Origin: Thermoproteota archaeon
GTDB taxonomy: Archaea; Korarchaeota; Korarchaeia; Korarchaeales; Korarchaeaceae
Direction of reading: 5' to 3'
Length of the DNA: 64,000 bases
NCBI GenBank assembly: GCA_026986575.1
Contig: JALSOH010000004.1
Location: forward strand, 480,001 to 544,000
The notes beneath the pieces were generated by a model that did not search any database, was not told the origin of the DNA, and saw only the letters and a list, made by a program, of their open reading frames with translations. Within the stretch, counting starts at the first letter, position 1, and every line of letters starts with the position of its first letter. This document shows, one piece after another, positions 1 to 9,533 of this stretch. The translations under genes and the position numbers were made by a program.

Positions 1-1226
1 GCGAAGAAACCCGATACGAGCGCCACGAAAGGCGCGGCTAACGGGGGTAGCCTCACTATGCTGGTGGCGAAGTAGAGGGATATCAGGGTCATGAGGCTTA
101 TCATAAGCTCGTCGTCGTTCCTCCACCTCTCCATCAGCAGGAAGAAGAGGCCCAGCACTCCGGGTATTAAGAGAGTGGTTAAAGTTTCCACAGTCGCTCC
201 GGCACCGTGTTCAGCTACAGTCTCGACGACATTTCCCTGTGGAAGCTTCACTGACGGGAATAGGACCCTCATCAGCCTGCCCGTGAGGGGCTGGTATATG
301 CCCAATGCGAAAAATGCAACGAGCAGGGCCAGTCCGACTCCAACGGATACTATCCTCCTCCGCTCGCTCAGGGCTCTCACGTTGATCTTGGGGAGGGAGA
401 TGTAAACTAAGGCAGCTAGTAGAGAGGCCCAGACGAGCGTGCTCTCCACGCTTATGTAAAGCCTCCTGTAAGCTTGGTTGGAGAGGAACCCGAAGCTAGC
501 CAGCAATACATAGAGAGGGGGCAACCCCAATGCCAGACCCTCACGCCAGTCCAACCTGTTCAGTAAGAGGAGGATCATGAGGAGCAACGCGTAACCGTCG
601 TAGAGCGCCTTGAATCCCGCCCATACCCCTGCTGAGTACACCAAGAAGAGACCGCTAAGTCCAGAGTAAGCCAGTACCTTCCATTCTTCCTCACTCCTCA
701 TGGCCTTTATCGTGAAGTACATTGAGGTCATGAGCAGGGGAATGGCGAACTGCTCGTGCCTGTACCATCCTGCTAGGGACCTGTTTATGTACGCCCAAGA
801 TAGGGAGATGGCGAATGCGGATGTTATGGCCGCCGACCTATCCCACAGCTCCTTAGCCAGTAGATAGACTGGTATGACCACCAGCGGAGCGAATACGACC
901 GGTATATACACTACAACCGTGTAAAGGTCGTTGAAACCGAAGAGAGACGCGATCTTATAGATCGCGGCACCGGTGTAGTAGTGAAGTATGGGCAGCACCT
1001 CGCTGGGATTGTAGCTCCAAGGATGCCAAGCTAGGGGATCGAACGTTGGAAGGTGCCCCGTCTTCACTAGGTACTCCGTTATCCTGTAGTGCAGCAACGG
1101 GTCGTCTGCAGTGAGGTGGGCTCCGTACTTGAAGGTCGGGAGGACCCTAATAATGGCACCCATTATGTAAGTGACTGCTATGACGAGAACATCGATTAAC
1201 CTGCCCTTCACGCCATCGTCGGGCAA
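1..1226 (-). CDS. aglB: Oligosaccharyltransferase AglB/STT3, N-terminal membrane part (runs off the window edge)
   Basis: Not in the ORF track. Hand translation from TTG at 1226 (AAGGTGA RBS upstream) gives ADDPLLHYR, RSLAGWYRHE, TVAEH (TIXE-type motif) and YFATSIVRL, all STT3-family hallmarks, plus many TM segments. Confidence 0.88.
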   Translation of the reverse strand, partial: MPDDGVKGRLIDVLVIAVTYIMGAIIRVLPTFKYGAHLTADDPLLHYRITEYLVKTGHLPTFDPLAWHPWSYNPSEVLPILHYYTGAAIYKIASLFGFNDLYTVVVYIPVVFAPLVVIPVYLLAKELWDRSAAITSAFAISLSWAYINRSLAGWYRHEQFAIPLLMTSMYFTIKAMRSEEEWKVLAYSGLSGLFLVYSAGVWAGFKALYDGYALLLMILLLLNRLDWREGLALGLPPLYVLLASFGFLSNQAYRRLYISVESTLVWASLLAALVYISLPKINVRALSERRRIVSVGVGLALLVAFFALGIYQPLTGRLMRVLFPSVKLPQGNVVETVAEHGAGATVETLTTLLIPGVLGLFFLLMERWRNDDELMISLMTLISLYFATSIVRLPPLAAPFVALVSGFF

Positions 1227-1323
1227 ATTAGCTTCACCTTCGGGGATGTCTGACCCCCTCTTATAAAAATTGATCGAACGCCCGCGGCATCAATGTTATA
1301 AGAATGAGCCGAGATGAGGCCCG

Positions 1324-2214
1324 ATGGTGAGATCGGAACCGCCTCTAAACCCGAAACTAGCGCTGGCCGTAGGTATAGCTGCAGTATCCACTGCGAGCAT
1401 ACTGATAAGATTCAGCGAGAGCAACCCCCTAATCATAGCGGGTTATAGGATGGCATTCGCCTCCCTCCTCATGTCAATTCTCTCTGTAGGCTCCCTAAAT
1501 CAGATAAGGGGCCTCTCTGATGCGGAAAGGGCGGTCCTCATCTTGTCTGGGCTGAGTTTGGCGGTACACTTTGGCACATGGACGGCCAGCTTGGAGTACA
1601 CTTCTGTAGCTGCGAGCACGGTCATAGTTGACTCCTCACCGATATTCGTCGTCCTCCTCTCCTATCTGGTGTTGGGTGAGGGAGTCAACACCAGAGAGGC
1701 GGCAGGCATAGCGATATCCTTTCTGGGAGCCTCGATAATCGCGATGGGCCACTTAGATATGAGCTCCAATCTATTCGGAGACTTTCTCGCGCTAGTAGGA
1801 TCGATATCCTTGGCTGTTTACCTAGTGGCCGGGAGGAGGTTGAGGGGGAAGCTCGACCTCGCACCGTACACAGCGTCAGTGTACGGGATATCCGGGATAA
1901 TCCTTCTCCTTGCAGCTAGCGCGGCAGGCATCCCCCTCGCAGGGTACCCATTAAGGGAGTGGACGATATTCCTGGCGCTGGCTCTCATTCCGAGCGGGCT
2001 AGGCCACAACTCCTACAACTACGCACTCAAGTACCTGAAGGCCTCCGTCGTTAGCGTATCCATACTGGGAGAGCCTATCGGTGCATCTATACTGGCTGCG
2101 ATTCTGCTGAGGGAGCTACCCCGCGTTACTACGGTCATCGGGGGCGCTCTAGTTTTAGGTGGGATTTACGCAGCTGTTACCTCGCAGAAAGGTGTTCCCA
2201 ATGGGAATCGTTGA
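1324..2214 (+). CDS. EamA/DMT family transporter
   Basis: About 10 hydrophobic helices in two EamA-like repeats; LEYTSVA and GEPIGASILA motifs. Confidence 0.88.
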   Translation: MVRSEPPLNPKLALAVGIAAVSTASILIRFSESNPLIIAGYRMAFASLLMSILSVGSLNQIRGLSDAERAVLILSGLSLAVHFGTWTASLEYTSVAASTVIVDSSPIFVVLLSYLVLGEGVNTREAAGIAISFLGASIIAMGHLDMSSNLFGDFLALVGSISLAVYLVAGRRLRGKLDLAPYTASVYGISGIILLLAASAAGIPLAGYPLREWTIFLALALIPSGLGHNSYNYALKYLKASVVSVSILGEPIGASILAAILLRELPRVTTVIGGALVLGGIYAAVTSQKGVPNGNR

Positions 2215-3007
2215 GGAGGCAGTCATTCTAGCCGGAGGAAAGAGCACTAGGTTCGGGAGAGATAAGCTGACCTACAAGGTTAACGGTAGAGAAATGCTAG
2301 TTAGGGTGGCTGAAGCAGCTCTGGCAGTAGCAGAGAAGGTCATTCTCTCGGTTAGAAGTGAGGAAGATGGTGAGAGACTATCTAAACTAACTGGACTGGA
2401 CTACAGGATCGATGAACAATTACCCTGCACGGGGCCCATCAGGGGCGCGCTCTCCTCGGTCAAAGAGGAGTATACTCTGCTTCTCCCTGCTGACCTGCCT
2501 TGGGTGAATGGTGATGTGTTGAAGTCCTTTCTGGGGATGTGCGGGGACTCCTCAGTCCAGATATGTGGTCTCCTGTGGTCCACCCAAGGGAGGTACTTGG
2601 ATCCAATGATCGCTCACATTCATTCCTTGGAACCGCTGATCCACGTGAAAAAGGCTTGCCCTTTGAAGAACATGAGAGTGACCGATATCCATAGAGCCGC
2701 TTCCTCTCTCCTGATGATCTCAGCCGGTCTTCTGGATGAACCTTGGAGGCTCTTAGATGTAGACAGACCAGAAGATCTCGTGAGAAGGGAGGGAAAATGG
2801 GAGAAGGGGCTCCTGTACATCGCTCCTAGAACCTTAGGGAATCCCTACAGGAGGGCCATTGAGGAGCTAGAGACGGGATCCCTCAATGGAGCCCGTGAGA
2901 TGTTTAATTTGGAGTTATCTATATTCTGGGATGTGGAAAACATCCGCGATCATGTGAACAAGGACCTGAGGTCGCTGGGTGGGAAGGATGGAGGTAGTGA
3001 TAAATAA
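2201..3007 (+). CDS. mobA: MobA-like molybdenum cofactor guanylyltransferase (NTP transferase) with C-terminal extension
   Basis: ILAGGKSTRFGRDK, GPIRG, PADLPW and DVDRPEDL motifs; likely start ATG 2201. Confidence 0.75.
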   Translation: MGIVEEAVILAGGKSTRFGRDKLTYKVNGREMLVRVAEAALAVAEKVILSVRSEEDGERLSKLTGLDYRIDEQLPCTGPIRGALSSVKEEYTLLLPADLPWVNGDVLKSFLGMCGDSSVQICGLLWSTQGRYLDPMIAHIHSLEPLIHVKKACPLKNMRVTDIHRAASSLLMISAGLLDEPWRLLDVDRPEDLVRREGKWEKGLLYIAPRTLGNPYRRAIEELETGSLNGAREMFNLELSIFWDVENIRDHVNKDLRSLGGKDGGSDK

Positions 3008-4007
3008 GAACGAGACCTTCGAGCCAGCTGGGAGGTACGACAGGGTCGAGTGCCGGGGGTCAGCGAGGATAAAGGGGGCCCTAGAAGCCACTGAGGTCGT
3101 GTGTAAGGGAAAGCTCGAGGCTGAGGAGTTATTCGTGGTAAGGGTGGAGGCAAGGGGTCTGAAATGCAGGAGAATCAGGGCAAGGGAACTGATCACGGAC
3201 TTCTTGGAGGCAGGAACGGTGGAGGTAGAAAGGGCGTACATCCGCGGTCCAGCTAGGGTTAGCAGCTCCATCAAGGCGGTTGAGGTGAGGGTGGAGGGTT
3301 CCCTGTCCTGCGCCGCACTCGAGGCGAAGGAGGCGATGATCTCAGGCAGTTTCAGGGCCCTGAAAGTGGATGTCAAGCATCTGGAGGTAAAAGGATCCCT
3401 TGAGGTAGACGAGGGGCGTATAGATCGAGCCTCAGTCGGAGGATCAGCTAAGCTTGGAAACTGCGAGATACTCGGAATCAGAGTGGGAGGGACATTAAGA
3501 GTAACTGGGAGCACCAACATCGGAGAAGCAGAAACGGGAATGGCAGAGGTGACTGGGCGCTTAACAGGAGGACTGCTGAAGGTAGATGAGGTTTTGAAGG
3601 TAGGGGGCGATGTTAGAGTAAGGACCTTGAAGGTAGGGGGAGCCCTCAAAGTATCAGGATCCCTTTCCGCGGAGGAAGCTCATGTATCCGTGAAGGGGAA
3701 GGGCAGATTGGCGGGCGGAAGGATCATAGTGGTTGGGGAGGCCACCGAGGTTGAGGGGGAGGAGATCCAACTGATAAACGCTAGAGTATCGAAGGTGATC
3801 GGAGGGAGGGTGAGGGTAAGGGATTCCTCCGTTAGAGTCATTAATGCGGTGGAGGTCGAAGTGATGGGAAGATCTAGGGTATCACAAATAGCGGCAGAGA
3901 AGGTTTACGTGGCTGGCGGGATGGTAGAAAAGGTGTACTACACGGAGAGGTTATTTGTATCACCGGAAGCCCAGGTGAAGTGGGAAAAGAAGGTGGCCAG
4001 CTTATGA
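2988..4007 (+). CDS. Beta-helix repeat protein, bactofilin/polymer-forming-like
   Basis: Whole length consists of V/I-x-G-x-L/A-x-V-x-G repeats (VEGSL, VKGSLEV, VGGTLRVTG, VGGALKVSG). Confidence 0.55.
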   Translation: MEVVINKNETFEPAGRYDRVECRGSARIKGALEATEVVCKGKLEAEELFVVRVEARGLKCRRIRARELITDFLEAGTVEVERAYIRGPARVSSSIKAVEVRVEGSLSCAALEAKEAMISGSFRALKVDVKHLEVKGSLEVDEGRIDRASVGGSAKLGNCEILGIRVGGTLRVTGSTNIGEAETGMAEVTGRLTGGLLKVDEVLKVGGDVRVRTLKVGGALKVSGSLSAEEAHVSVKGKGRLAGGRIIVVGEATEVEGEEIQLINARVSKVIGGRVRVRDSSVRVINAVEVEVMGRSRVSQIAAEKVYVAGGMVEKVYYTERLFVSPEAQVKWEKKVASL

Positions 4008-4475
4008 TCACCCGAGCTTCTCTACCGCCTCCTTTAGATTCCTGACAGCCTCCTCTAACAGGCTTGATGCCTTCTTCAGTAGTTCCTTGGCTTCATTCAG
4101 TCCCTCAACCTTCTTGAGGCCCAAAATCACACTTAGGGTATCATCTATCTCTCCCTTCTCCAACTTCTTGTAAGCCTCCAACACTATCTTGCCTGCCTCG
4201 GTCTCACCCCTAAGGTGCTTCTTTATGGTGGCCTCGGTCCTCCCAATATCCTCAGCTATTTCAGAGAGGGTCATTCCCGCCTTATCCCTCGCGAGGGCAG
4301 CGGCTGCGGTGGCTATGCTATCTATCCAGGTCAGCCTGTCCTTGGGATCCCTCAACTGCTCCACAAACTTCGGATCCGTGAGTACTTCGATCAGAGACGA
4401 GATGAGCAGGCTGTACTCCAGCTTGTGAATTTCCTCCTTACCCATCGGTTTGAGCGGTATTCCCATCTCGGCCAT
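4008..4475 (-). CDS. Archaeal HTH transcriptional regulator (COG1318-like)
   Basis: RLTWIDS..AAALAR.KAGMTLSEIAEDIGRTEATIKKHL..ET.AG pattern. Confidence 0.75.
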   Translation of the reverse strand: MAEMGIPLKPMGKEEIHKLEYSLLISSLIEVLTDPKFVEQLRDPKDRLTWIDSIATAAAALARDKAGMTLSEIAEDIGRTEATIKKHLRGETEAGKIVLEAYKKLEKGEIDDTLSVILGLKKVEGLNEAKELLKKASSLLEEAVRNLKEAVEKLG

Positions 4476-4662
4476 GATATCACCTCTAGGAAAAATGTAT
4501 TCAGGATAATTTATAAATATTTCACTAAGTAAATTCTATTAAAGCGGTATCTCATAAAAATAATCAGATATGTTTGACGCGAATATTAATCGTCCTTAAT
4601 TTAGGAAAAAGCTAACTTAGAAAAAATCTTTTATTATTATACTGCATTGCACTAGCGGGGCA
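4476..4662. promoter_or_regulatory. AT-rich divergent promoter region
   Basis: Very AT-rich gap between divergent genes with TATA-like TTTATAAA and TTTTATTA elements. Confidence 0.5.
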
Positions 4663-4953
4663 ATGGCCCGCCTAATGAAGGAGGAAATCGCACTGAGGGG
4701 AGGAAAGGCCACAATAATCTGCGTGGACGAGGAGGAGAGCGGGAACTTCAGGCTCTTGTACAGGAAAGACCGCTGGAGGGAGGATGAGTGGGTGAGGGTA
4801 GACTCAGAAGGAGACGGCGCTTATCTCCAAGTGAGGAGGAGGTTGGGTAAGCTGAAATGCGGGGACCTCAAGCGCTTGCTTGAGCTGATACTTGATAAAG
4901 TGGAGGAGCTGGGGGAATTTGGCGGTGGGGAGTTCGGGGAGAATGAAGACTAG
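4663..4953 (+). CDS. Small hypothetical protein, possible toxin-like partner of the downstream HTH gene
   Basis: 96-aa ORF overlapping the next gene; coding-like composition. Confidence 0.5.
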   Translation: MARLMKEEIALRGGKATIICVDEEESGNFRLLYRKDRWREDEWVRVDSEGDGAYLQVRRRLGKLKCGDLKRLLELILDKVEELGEFGGGEFGENED

Positions 4954-5410
4954 AAGGAAGGTGGAGGATCTATCTGAAGTGCCTCTATCCAAGCTATTAG
5001 GCGAGATCAGGAAGTTCGAGGCCAAGTACGGGAAGAGCTTCCAAGAATTCATTTCCTCATTGAAGGAGGATAGAGCGAGCATGGAGGAACTGGCTGACGG
5101 ATTCCTGTGGGAGCAGTACGTGAAAGAGGTCCTCAGGAGATCCTCCATGGGAAGGCTAGAACTTAGCGTTGAGGACGCCGTGGAGTTCACTGAGATCTTC
5201 ACTCCAGCTAGATTGGAGATAATGGGCTACCTAGCCAAGAAGAAGGAGGCCACGGTGTCAGAAATAGCTCGCTCCCTGAGGAGACCTGTGGGTTCCGTGT
5301 CTGAGATGTTGAAGATCCTCGAGTCCAAGGGACTGGTGAAGTCGGAGAGGAGGGGAAAGAGGAAGGTCTATAGCTTGCTGGTGAGGGAGATCCTACTCAG
5401 AATGGGATAG
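4943..5410 (+). CDS. ArsR/MarR-like winged-HTH protein with N-terminal extension
   Basis: FTPARLEIM...TVSEIARSL...VSEMLKILESKGLV..ERRGKRK; likely start ATG 4943. Confidence 0.75.
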   Translation: MKTRRKVEDLSEVPLSKLLGEIRKFEAKYGKSFQEFISSLKEDRASMEELADGFLWEQYVKEVLRRSSMGRLELSVEDAVEFTEIFTPARLEIMGYLAKKKEATVSEIARSLRRPVGSVSEMLKILESKGLVKSERRGKRKVYSLLVREILLRMG

Positions 5411-5418
5411 GTGCTATC

Positions 5419-6429
5419 ATGAGGTTCAGGGCAGTTACCCTACATGTGAGGGACCCAGAGGATTACCTCTCTTACTCGGACCTACTCAAGAAAGTTTCAT
5501 CCAAGCTGGAGTCCTTCACGACTAGGGTAGTATCACCTAAACCGGGAGATGAGCTAGACATCGATCTCAAAGCGGTGTACTCCGGTGAGGGATTAGAGGG
5601 TTTCGATATGGCGTGGGAACTGCTCAAGGAGGGATATTTCACCTCCGTGTCCCTTGGGAGAGATCCCTACACGGCTCATCTAGGGTACGCGGCTTCCTTC
5701 ATAAGGAGAGTGTCCGAAGAACTCGGTCCGGAGTACGGAACGATGCTCGCGGTTACGTCGGATCCGCCGCCGGAGGGGCCGTACTTCCCAGCATCCAAAT
5801 CCTCCTCCCTAGGATTGAGCGCCTCCCTTCTCTACCCCTCCGACCTTTACGGAGCTCTCTACGAGGCGGAGGAACCAGACACGACAGTAAGGCACATGCT
5901 TTCCCTCATATTCAATGAGGCCTATGGGGAATTCGTAGATGCTGTGGGAGAAGAGGCCCCGATACTTGGTATGGACTACTCTCTCAGTCCTTGGATGGAA
6001 GAGAGCTCGGCTCATGTTGTGAGCCTCATGGCTAGGGCTCCTTTCATGGCTCCAGGAACGGCAAGAGCAATATTGGAGCTCAACAGATCCATAGAGGAGG
6101 CCTCCGAGGGGCTGAAGCCCTTAGGCTACAACGAGGTAATGCTCCCAATGGCCGAGGACGACCTCCTCAAGCAGATGGCTCTTGAGGGATCCCTCACCGC
6201 TAGAGACCTGGTCTCCCTTACTCCTTACTGTATAACCGGATTGGACATGGTCATCCTGCCTAGGTCCACGCCCGACAGGGAGATAGCTGCGCTGATAGGT
6301 GACGTCCTAGCTTCGAGCTACGTGAAAAACAGAGTTCTCGGCGTCAGGATCATTTTAGTGGATGGGGAACCGGGGGAGGAGGCGGAGCTGGGCAGGTTCG
6401 GTAAGGTCCCGGTGATGAGGGTGGGCTAG
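5419..6429 (+). CDS. DUF711 (UPF0210) family protein, short form
   Basis: PYFPAS, DYSLSPW, GYNEVMLPMAED and CITGLDMVILP motifs. Confidence 0.75.
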   Translation: MRFRAVTLHVRDPEDYLSYSDLLKKVSSKLESFTTRVVSPKPGDELDIDLKAVYSGEGLEGFDMAWELLKEGYFTSVSLGRDPYTAHLGYAASFIRRVSEELGPEYGTMLAVTSDPPPEGPYFPASKSSSLGLSASLLYPSDLYGALYEAEEPDTTVRHMLSLIFNEAYGEFVDAVGEEAPILGMDYSLSPWMEESSAHVVSLMARAPFMAPGTARAILELNRSIEEASEGLKPLGYNEVMLPMAEDDLLKQMALEGSLTARDLVSLTPYCITGLDMVILPRSTPDREIAALIGDVLASSYVKNRVLGVRIILVDGEPGEEAELGRFGKVPVMRVG

Positions 6430-7448
6430 TCCTCTGGGATGCAGGGGGTGGGGTGCCAAGAGGCTTTGGGCTCCCCGTAAGCGCCACCAAATATCCTGTC
6501 GTGTATGTCAGTGGCCGCTTTGACCCCATCTCCCACAGCCTTGGCTATCTGCATGGGCTCACCCGTAACATCACCCACCGCGTAGACGGCGAAGCAGTTG
6601 GTCCTCTGCCAGTAGTCCACCAAGATGAATCCCTTCTCATCCGTCTTGACTCCAGCCTGCTTGGCGATATGGCTCTGAGGAATGACTCCTACGAAGATGA
6701 AGACTCCCTCGGCCTCAACCAGTTCCTCCTCACCACTCTCCAAGTTCCTTATCCTAACTCCCCTCACTCTCTCATCACCAACTATCTCCGTTACCACGCT
6801 CTTCCACCTGAACTCGACGTTGGGAAGGACCATCACCTGATCCACCAGAGCTTGCTCGGCCCTCAACTTGTCCCTCCTATGTACCAAAATCACCTTACTA
6901 GCTAGCTTGGCTAGGTAGAGCGTGGAAACTGCTGCTGTGTTCCCCCCACCGACGACCACTATCTTCTTCCCCTTGAAGAGAGGTCCGTCGCAAACGGCGC
7001 AGTAGCTCACCCCCTTACCGTAGAACTCCATCTCCCCTGGAACCTCCAACCTCCTATCCTCGGCACCAGTCGCGATGATCAGGGCTCTAGCTGAGAACTC
7101 CTTACCGCTCCTCGTGTGCACTTTCTTCCAATCACCCTTCAAGTCTAGCCTCACCACCTCCTCAGGGAATAGGATCTTAACCCCCGCTTTACTGGCATGC
7201 TCGTGGAATATCTTGGAGAGCTCCTCTCCCGTGATGTAGGTGAAGCCCGGGTAATTCTCCACCACGGGATTTATAGACACCTTGCCGCCCGGCGTGTCCT
7301 TCTCTATGACTAGAGTTCTGAGTCCATACCTAGCTAGGTATATGCCAGCCGTCAATCCACCGGGCCCGCCGCCTACGATTATCACGTCCCAGTCCCGAGG
7401 AAGCTCCTCCTCACTCTTGGCAGGCATGAGAAACGCTCCGAAGCTCAT
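6426..7448 (-). CDS. trxB: Thioredoxin reductase
   Basis: GGGPGG FAD motif, GVSYCAVCDG redox motif, GGGNTA NADPH motif. Confidence 0.92.
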   Translation of the reverse strand: MSFGAFLMPAKSEEELPRDWDVIIVGGGPGGLTAGIYLARYGLRTLVIEKDTPGGKVSINPVVENYPGFTYITGEELSKIFHEHASKAGVKILFPEEVVRLDLKGDWKKVHTRSGKEFSARALIIATGAEDRRLEVPGEMEFYGKGVSYCAVCDGPLFKGKKIVVVGGGNTAAVSTLYLAKLASKVILVHRRDKLRAEQALVDQVMVLPNVEFRWKSVVTEIVGDERVRGVRIRNLESGEEELVEAEGVFIFVGVIPQSHIAKQAGVKTDEKGFILVDYWQRTNCFAVYAVGDVTGEPMQIAKAVGDGVKAATDIHDRIFGGAYGEPKASWHPTPCIPED

Positions 7449-7777
7449 TTTTCTCCCTCCACCTTGGGCCTCATGTCGAACTTTATCAACTTTAGTCTGG
7501 TCCCCTTGCTCAGGACCTCCTTCCCATAGATGGAGCTGAGCTCCCTCAACAACTCTTCTAGGTTGGAGAAACCGTCCTCCCTAGCGTGCTCATCGGTTAG
7601 CTCCTCCACTTTGATTTCTGAGATCTCCCTGATCACGGCCTCACCTATCTCCTCCTCGCCAGCCTCCACCACCACCCTATCGCCGGGCTTCAACTTAGTT
7701 TCCCGTCTCAATGTGGTCCTCTTTTCTCCGCTCAATATTCTACCCTTGTACTTCCCCCTGAACTTGAGCTTCTTCAT
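7445..7777 (-). CDS. ASCH domain protein
   Basis: ILSGEKRTTLR and HAREDGF signature. Confidence 0.85.
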   Translation of the reverse strand: MKKLKFRGKYKGRILSGEKRTTLRRETKLKPGDRVVVEAGEEEIGEAVIREISEIKVEELTDEHAREDGFSNLEELLRELSSIYGKEVLSKGTRLKLIKFDMRPKVEGEK

Positions 7778-7783
7778 GGAGGA

Positions 7784-9163
7784 TCACCCTTTCATCAGCC
7801 TAGACACGGTCGGAGGGACTATCCCTCCCCTCACCACCAGCGCCTCCGAGGAGAACCTGCCGACTGACATTACAGGGGCTTTACCCAGTAGCCCACCGAA
7901 ATCCACTTCATCCCCCTCTCGCGCCCCAGGAACCGGGATCAGCCTCACACCTAGGGACTTATCCAGCACTATGCCTAGGGCCATGACATCCCCTATTATG
8001 GCCGCTATCACATCCTCCTTCACATCTCCCGGCAGCACTATCATGTCCAAGCCAGTACTGCATACCGCTGCCATTGCTTCCAAGGAGCTGAGGGTTAACG
8101 CTCCCCTCCTAACCGCTTCGGCCATCCCCAAGTCCTCACTCACCGGTATGAAGGCTCCGCTTAGCCCCCCGACGGATGAGGTGGCCATCGCGCCGCCCTT
8201 CTTTACCGCGTCAGTTAGTATGGCAAGCGCTAGCACGCTACCGGGAGCCCCGGGCTCCTCCACTCCCATGGCCCTCAGCACATCCGCTACGCTATCTCCA
8301 ACCGCTGGCGAGGGAGCTAGAGAGAGATCCACGGATCCGAACCTCACCCCTAACCTCTTAGCGACCTCCCTACCTACGAGCTCACCCAGCCTCGTGATTT
8401 TGAACGCCGCTCTCTTCATAGCGTCGTGCAGCGTCCTTAGATCCGCATCCTGCAGAGATCTGACCACGTTCTCTATCACGCCTGGCCCGCTGACCGCCAC
8501 GTTGATCACGGGATCCTCCTCCCCCCTTCCATGATAAGCTCCGGGAACGAAGGGGGTGCCCTCGGGCGCGTTGGCGAAGACCCCAAGTCTTGTGCATCCC
8601 CTACCCTCAGTGAGATCCGCAGTTCTCTTCACTACTTCTCCCATCTCGTAGACCGCATCCATGTTTATTCCAGCGAGGGTTGAGGCTGCGTTCACCATGG
8701 CGGTGATCCTCTCCGTTGAGGACAGGGCCTCAGGTATCGATTTCACTACCCCTCTATCGCCGAGCGAGTAGCCCGATTCGACGAACGCGGCGTATCCCCC
8801 CATGTAGTCCACGGCCAGATCCTTGGCAGCTGAGTCCAGCGCTTCGGCAACGGAGATACCCAGCTTGAAGGCTTCCTCCAAGTCCCCTGCCCTAGCATCC
8901 AGCAACATGCTGATAGGAGTGACAGCCACCCTCTTGGTGACAATCTGCACCCCTAACCTGGACGATACCTCCTCCACAGCGTCTCTTAATTCCTCGGCCC
9001 TCTCCTTGACTATTTCATGCACTCCCTCCGCTAGGTTGTCGTATCTGAGAGCACCCATAATATTGATTCCCATGGTCACGGCCCTGATGTCCAGATGCTG
9101 AAATGACAGCATCTCAATTATTTCAGCAAGCTCGGAGGCATCGTATTTGGTCATTCCACTCAC
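7784..9163 (-). CDS. DUF711/UPF0210 PFL-like family protein
   Basis: LDIRAVTMGI, PFVPGAYHG, VSGPGV, AFKITRLG, GGLSGAFIPVSED and CSTGLDM motifs. Confidence 0.9.
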   Translation of the reverse strand: MSGMTKYDASELAEIIEMLSFQHLDIRAVTMGINIMGALRYDNLAEGVHEIVKERAEELRDAVEEVSSRLGVQIVTKRVAVTPISMLLDARAGDLEEAFKLGISVAEALDSAAKDLAVDYMGGYAAFVESGYSLGDRGVVKSIPEALSSTERITAMVNAASTLAGINMDAVYEMGEVVKRTADLTEGRGCTRLGVFANAPEGTPFVPGAYHGRGEEDPVINVAVSGPGVIENVVRSLQDADLRTLHDAMKRAAFKITRLGELVGREVAKRLGVRFGSVDLSLAPSPAVGDSVADVLRAMGVEEPGAPGSVLALAILTDAVKKGGAMATSSVGGLSGAFIPVSEDLGMAEAVRRGALTLSSLEAMAAVCSTGLDMIVLPGDVKEDVIAAIIGDVMALGIVLDKSLGVRLIPVPGAREGDEVDFGGLLGKAPVMSVGRFSSEALVVRGGIVPPTVSRLMKG

Positions 9164-9168
9164 CCCTA

Positions 9169-9450
9169 CTAAACCTTCTGCATGTACCTGAACACATCCT
9201 CGTGGAGGACCATCACCCTGACCCCTACCTCCTTCCCCCTCTCCTCTAATCGTTCCCTGAGCTCAGACAGATCGGAGACGGCTTCCGAGATGTCCACCAC
9301 CATTATCATTGAGAAGAAGCCCCTCAGGACGGTCATGGATATGTCGACGATGTTCGCCTTGGCCTCGGCGAGCACGGATGATATCGCAGCCACGATGCCA
9401 GGCTTATCAGCGCCGACGACCGTGACGACGATCATCTCCCCCATGGACAC
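9169..9450 (-). CDS. ACT domain protein (UPF0237)
   Basis: VTVVGADKPGIVA...NIVDISMT; the usual upstream partner of UPF0210. Confidence 0.88.
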   Translation of the reverse strand: MSMGEMIVVTVVGADKPGIVAAISSVLAEAKANIVDISMTVLRGFFSMIMVVDISEAVSDLSELRERLEERGKEVGVRVMVLHEDVFRYMQKV

Positions 9451-9533
9451 ACCGAGGTGGTCGGAAGCATCCGCTTATAGGTGTGGTCCTCAGCGAGCAC
9501 CCCAGTTATATATGCCCACCGCATAAAGGATGG

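Noticed and set aside
7530-8534. 334-aa Ser/Thr/Pro-rich ORF (and similar ones at 2915-3649, 45386-46090 and 31359-31997)
   Set aside because: Antisense shadows of well-supported genes; their composition reflects reverse-strand codon bias
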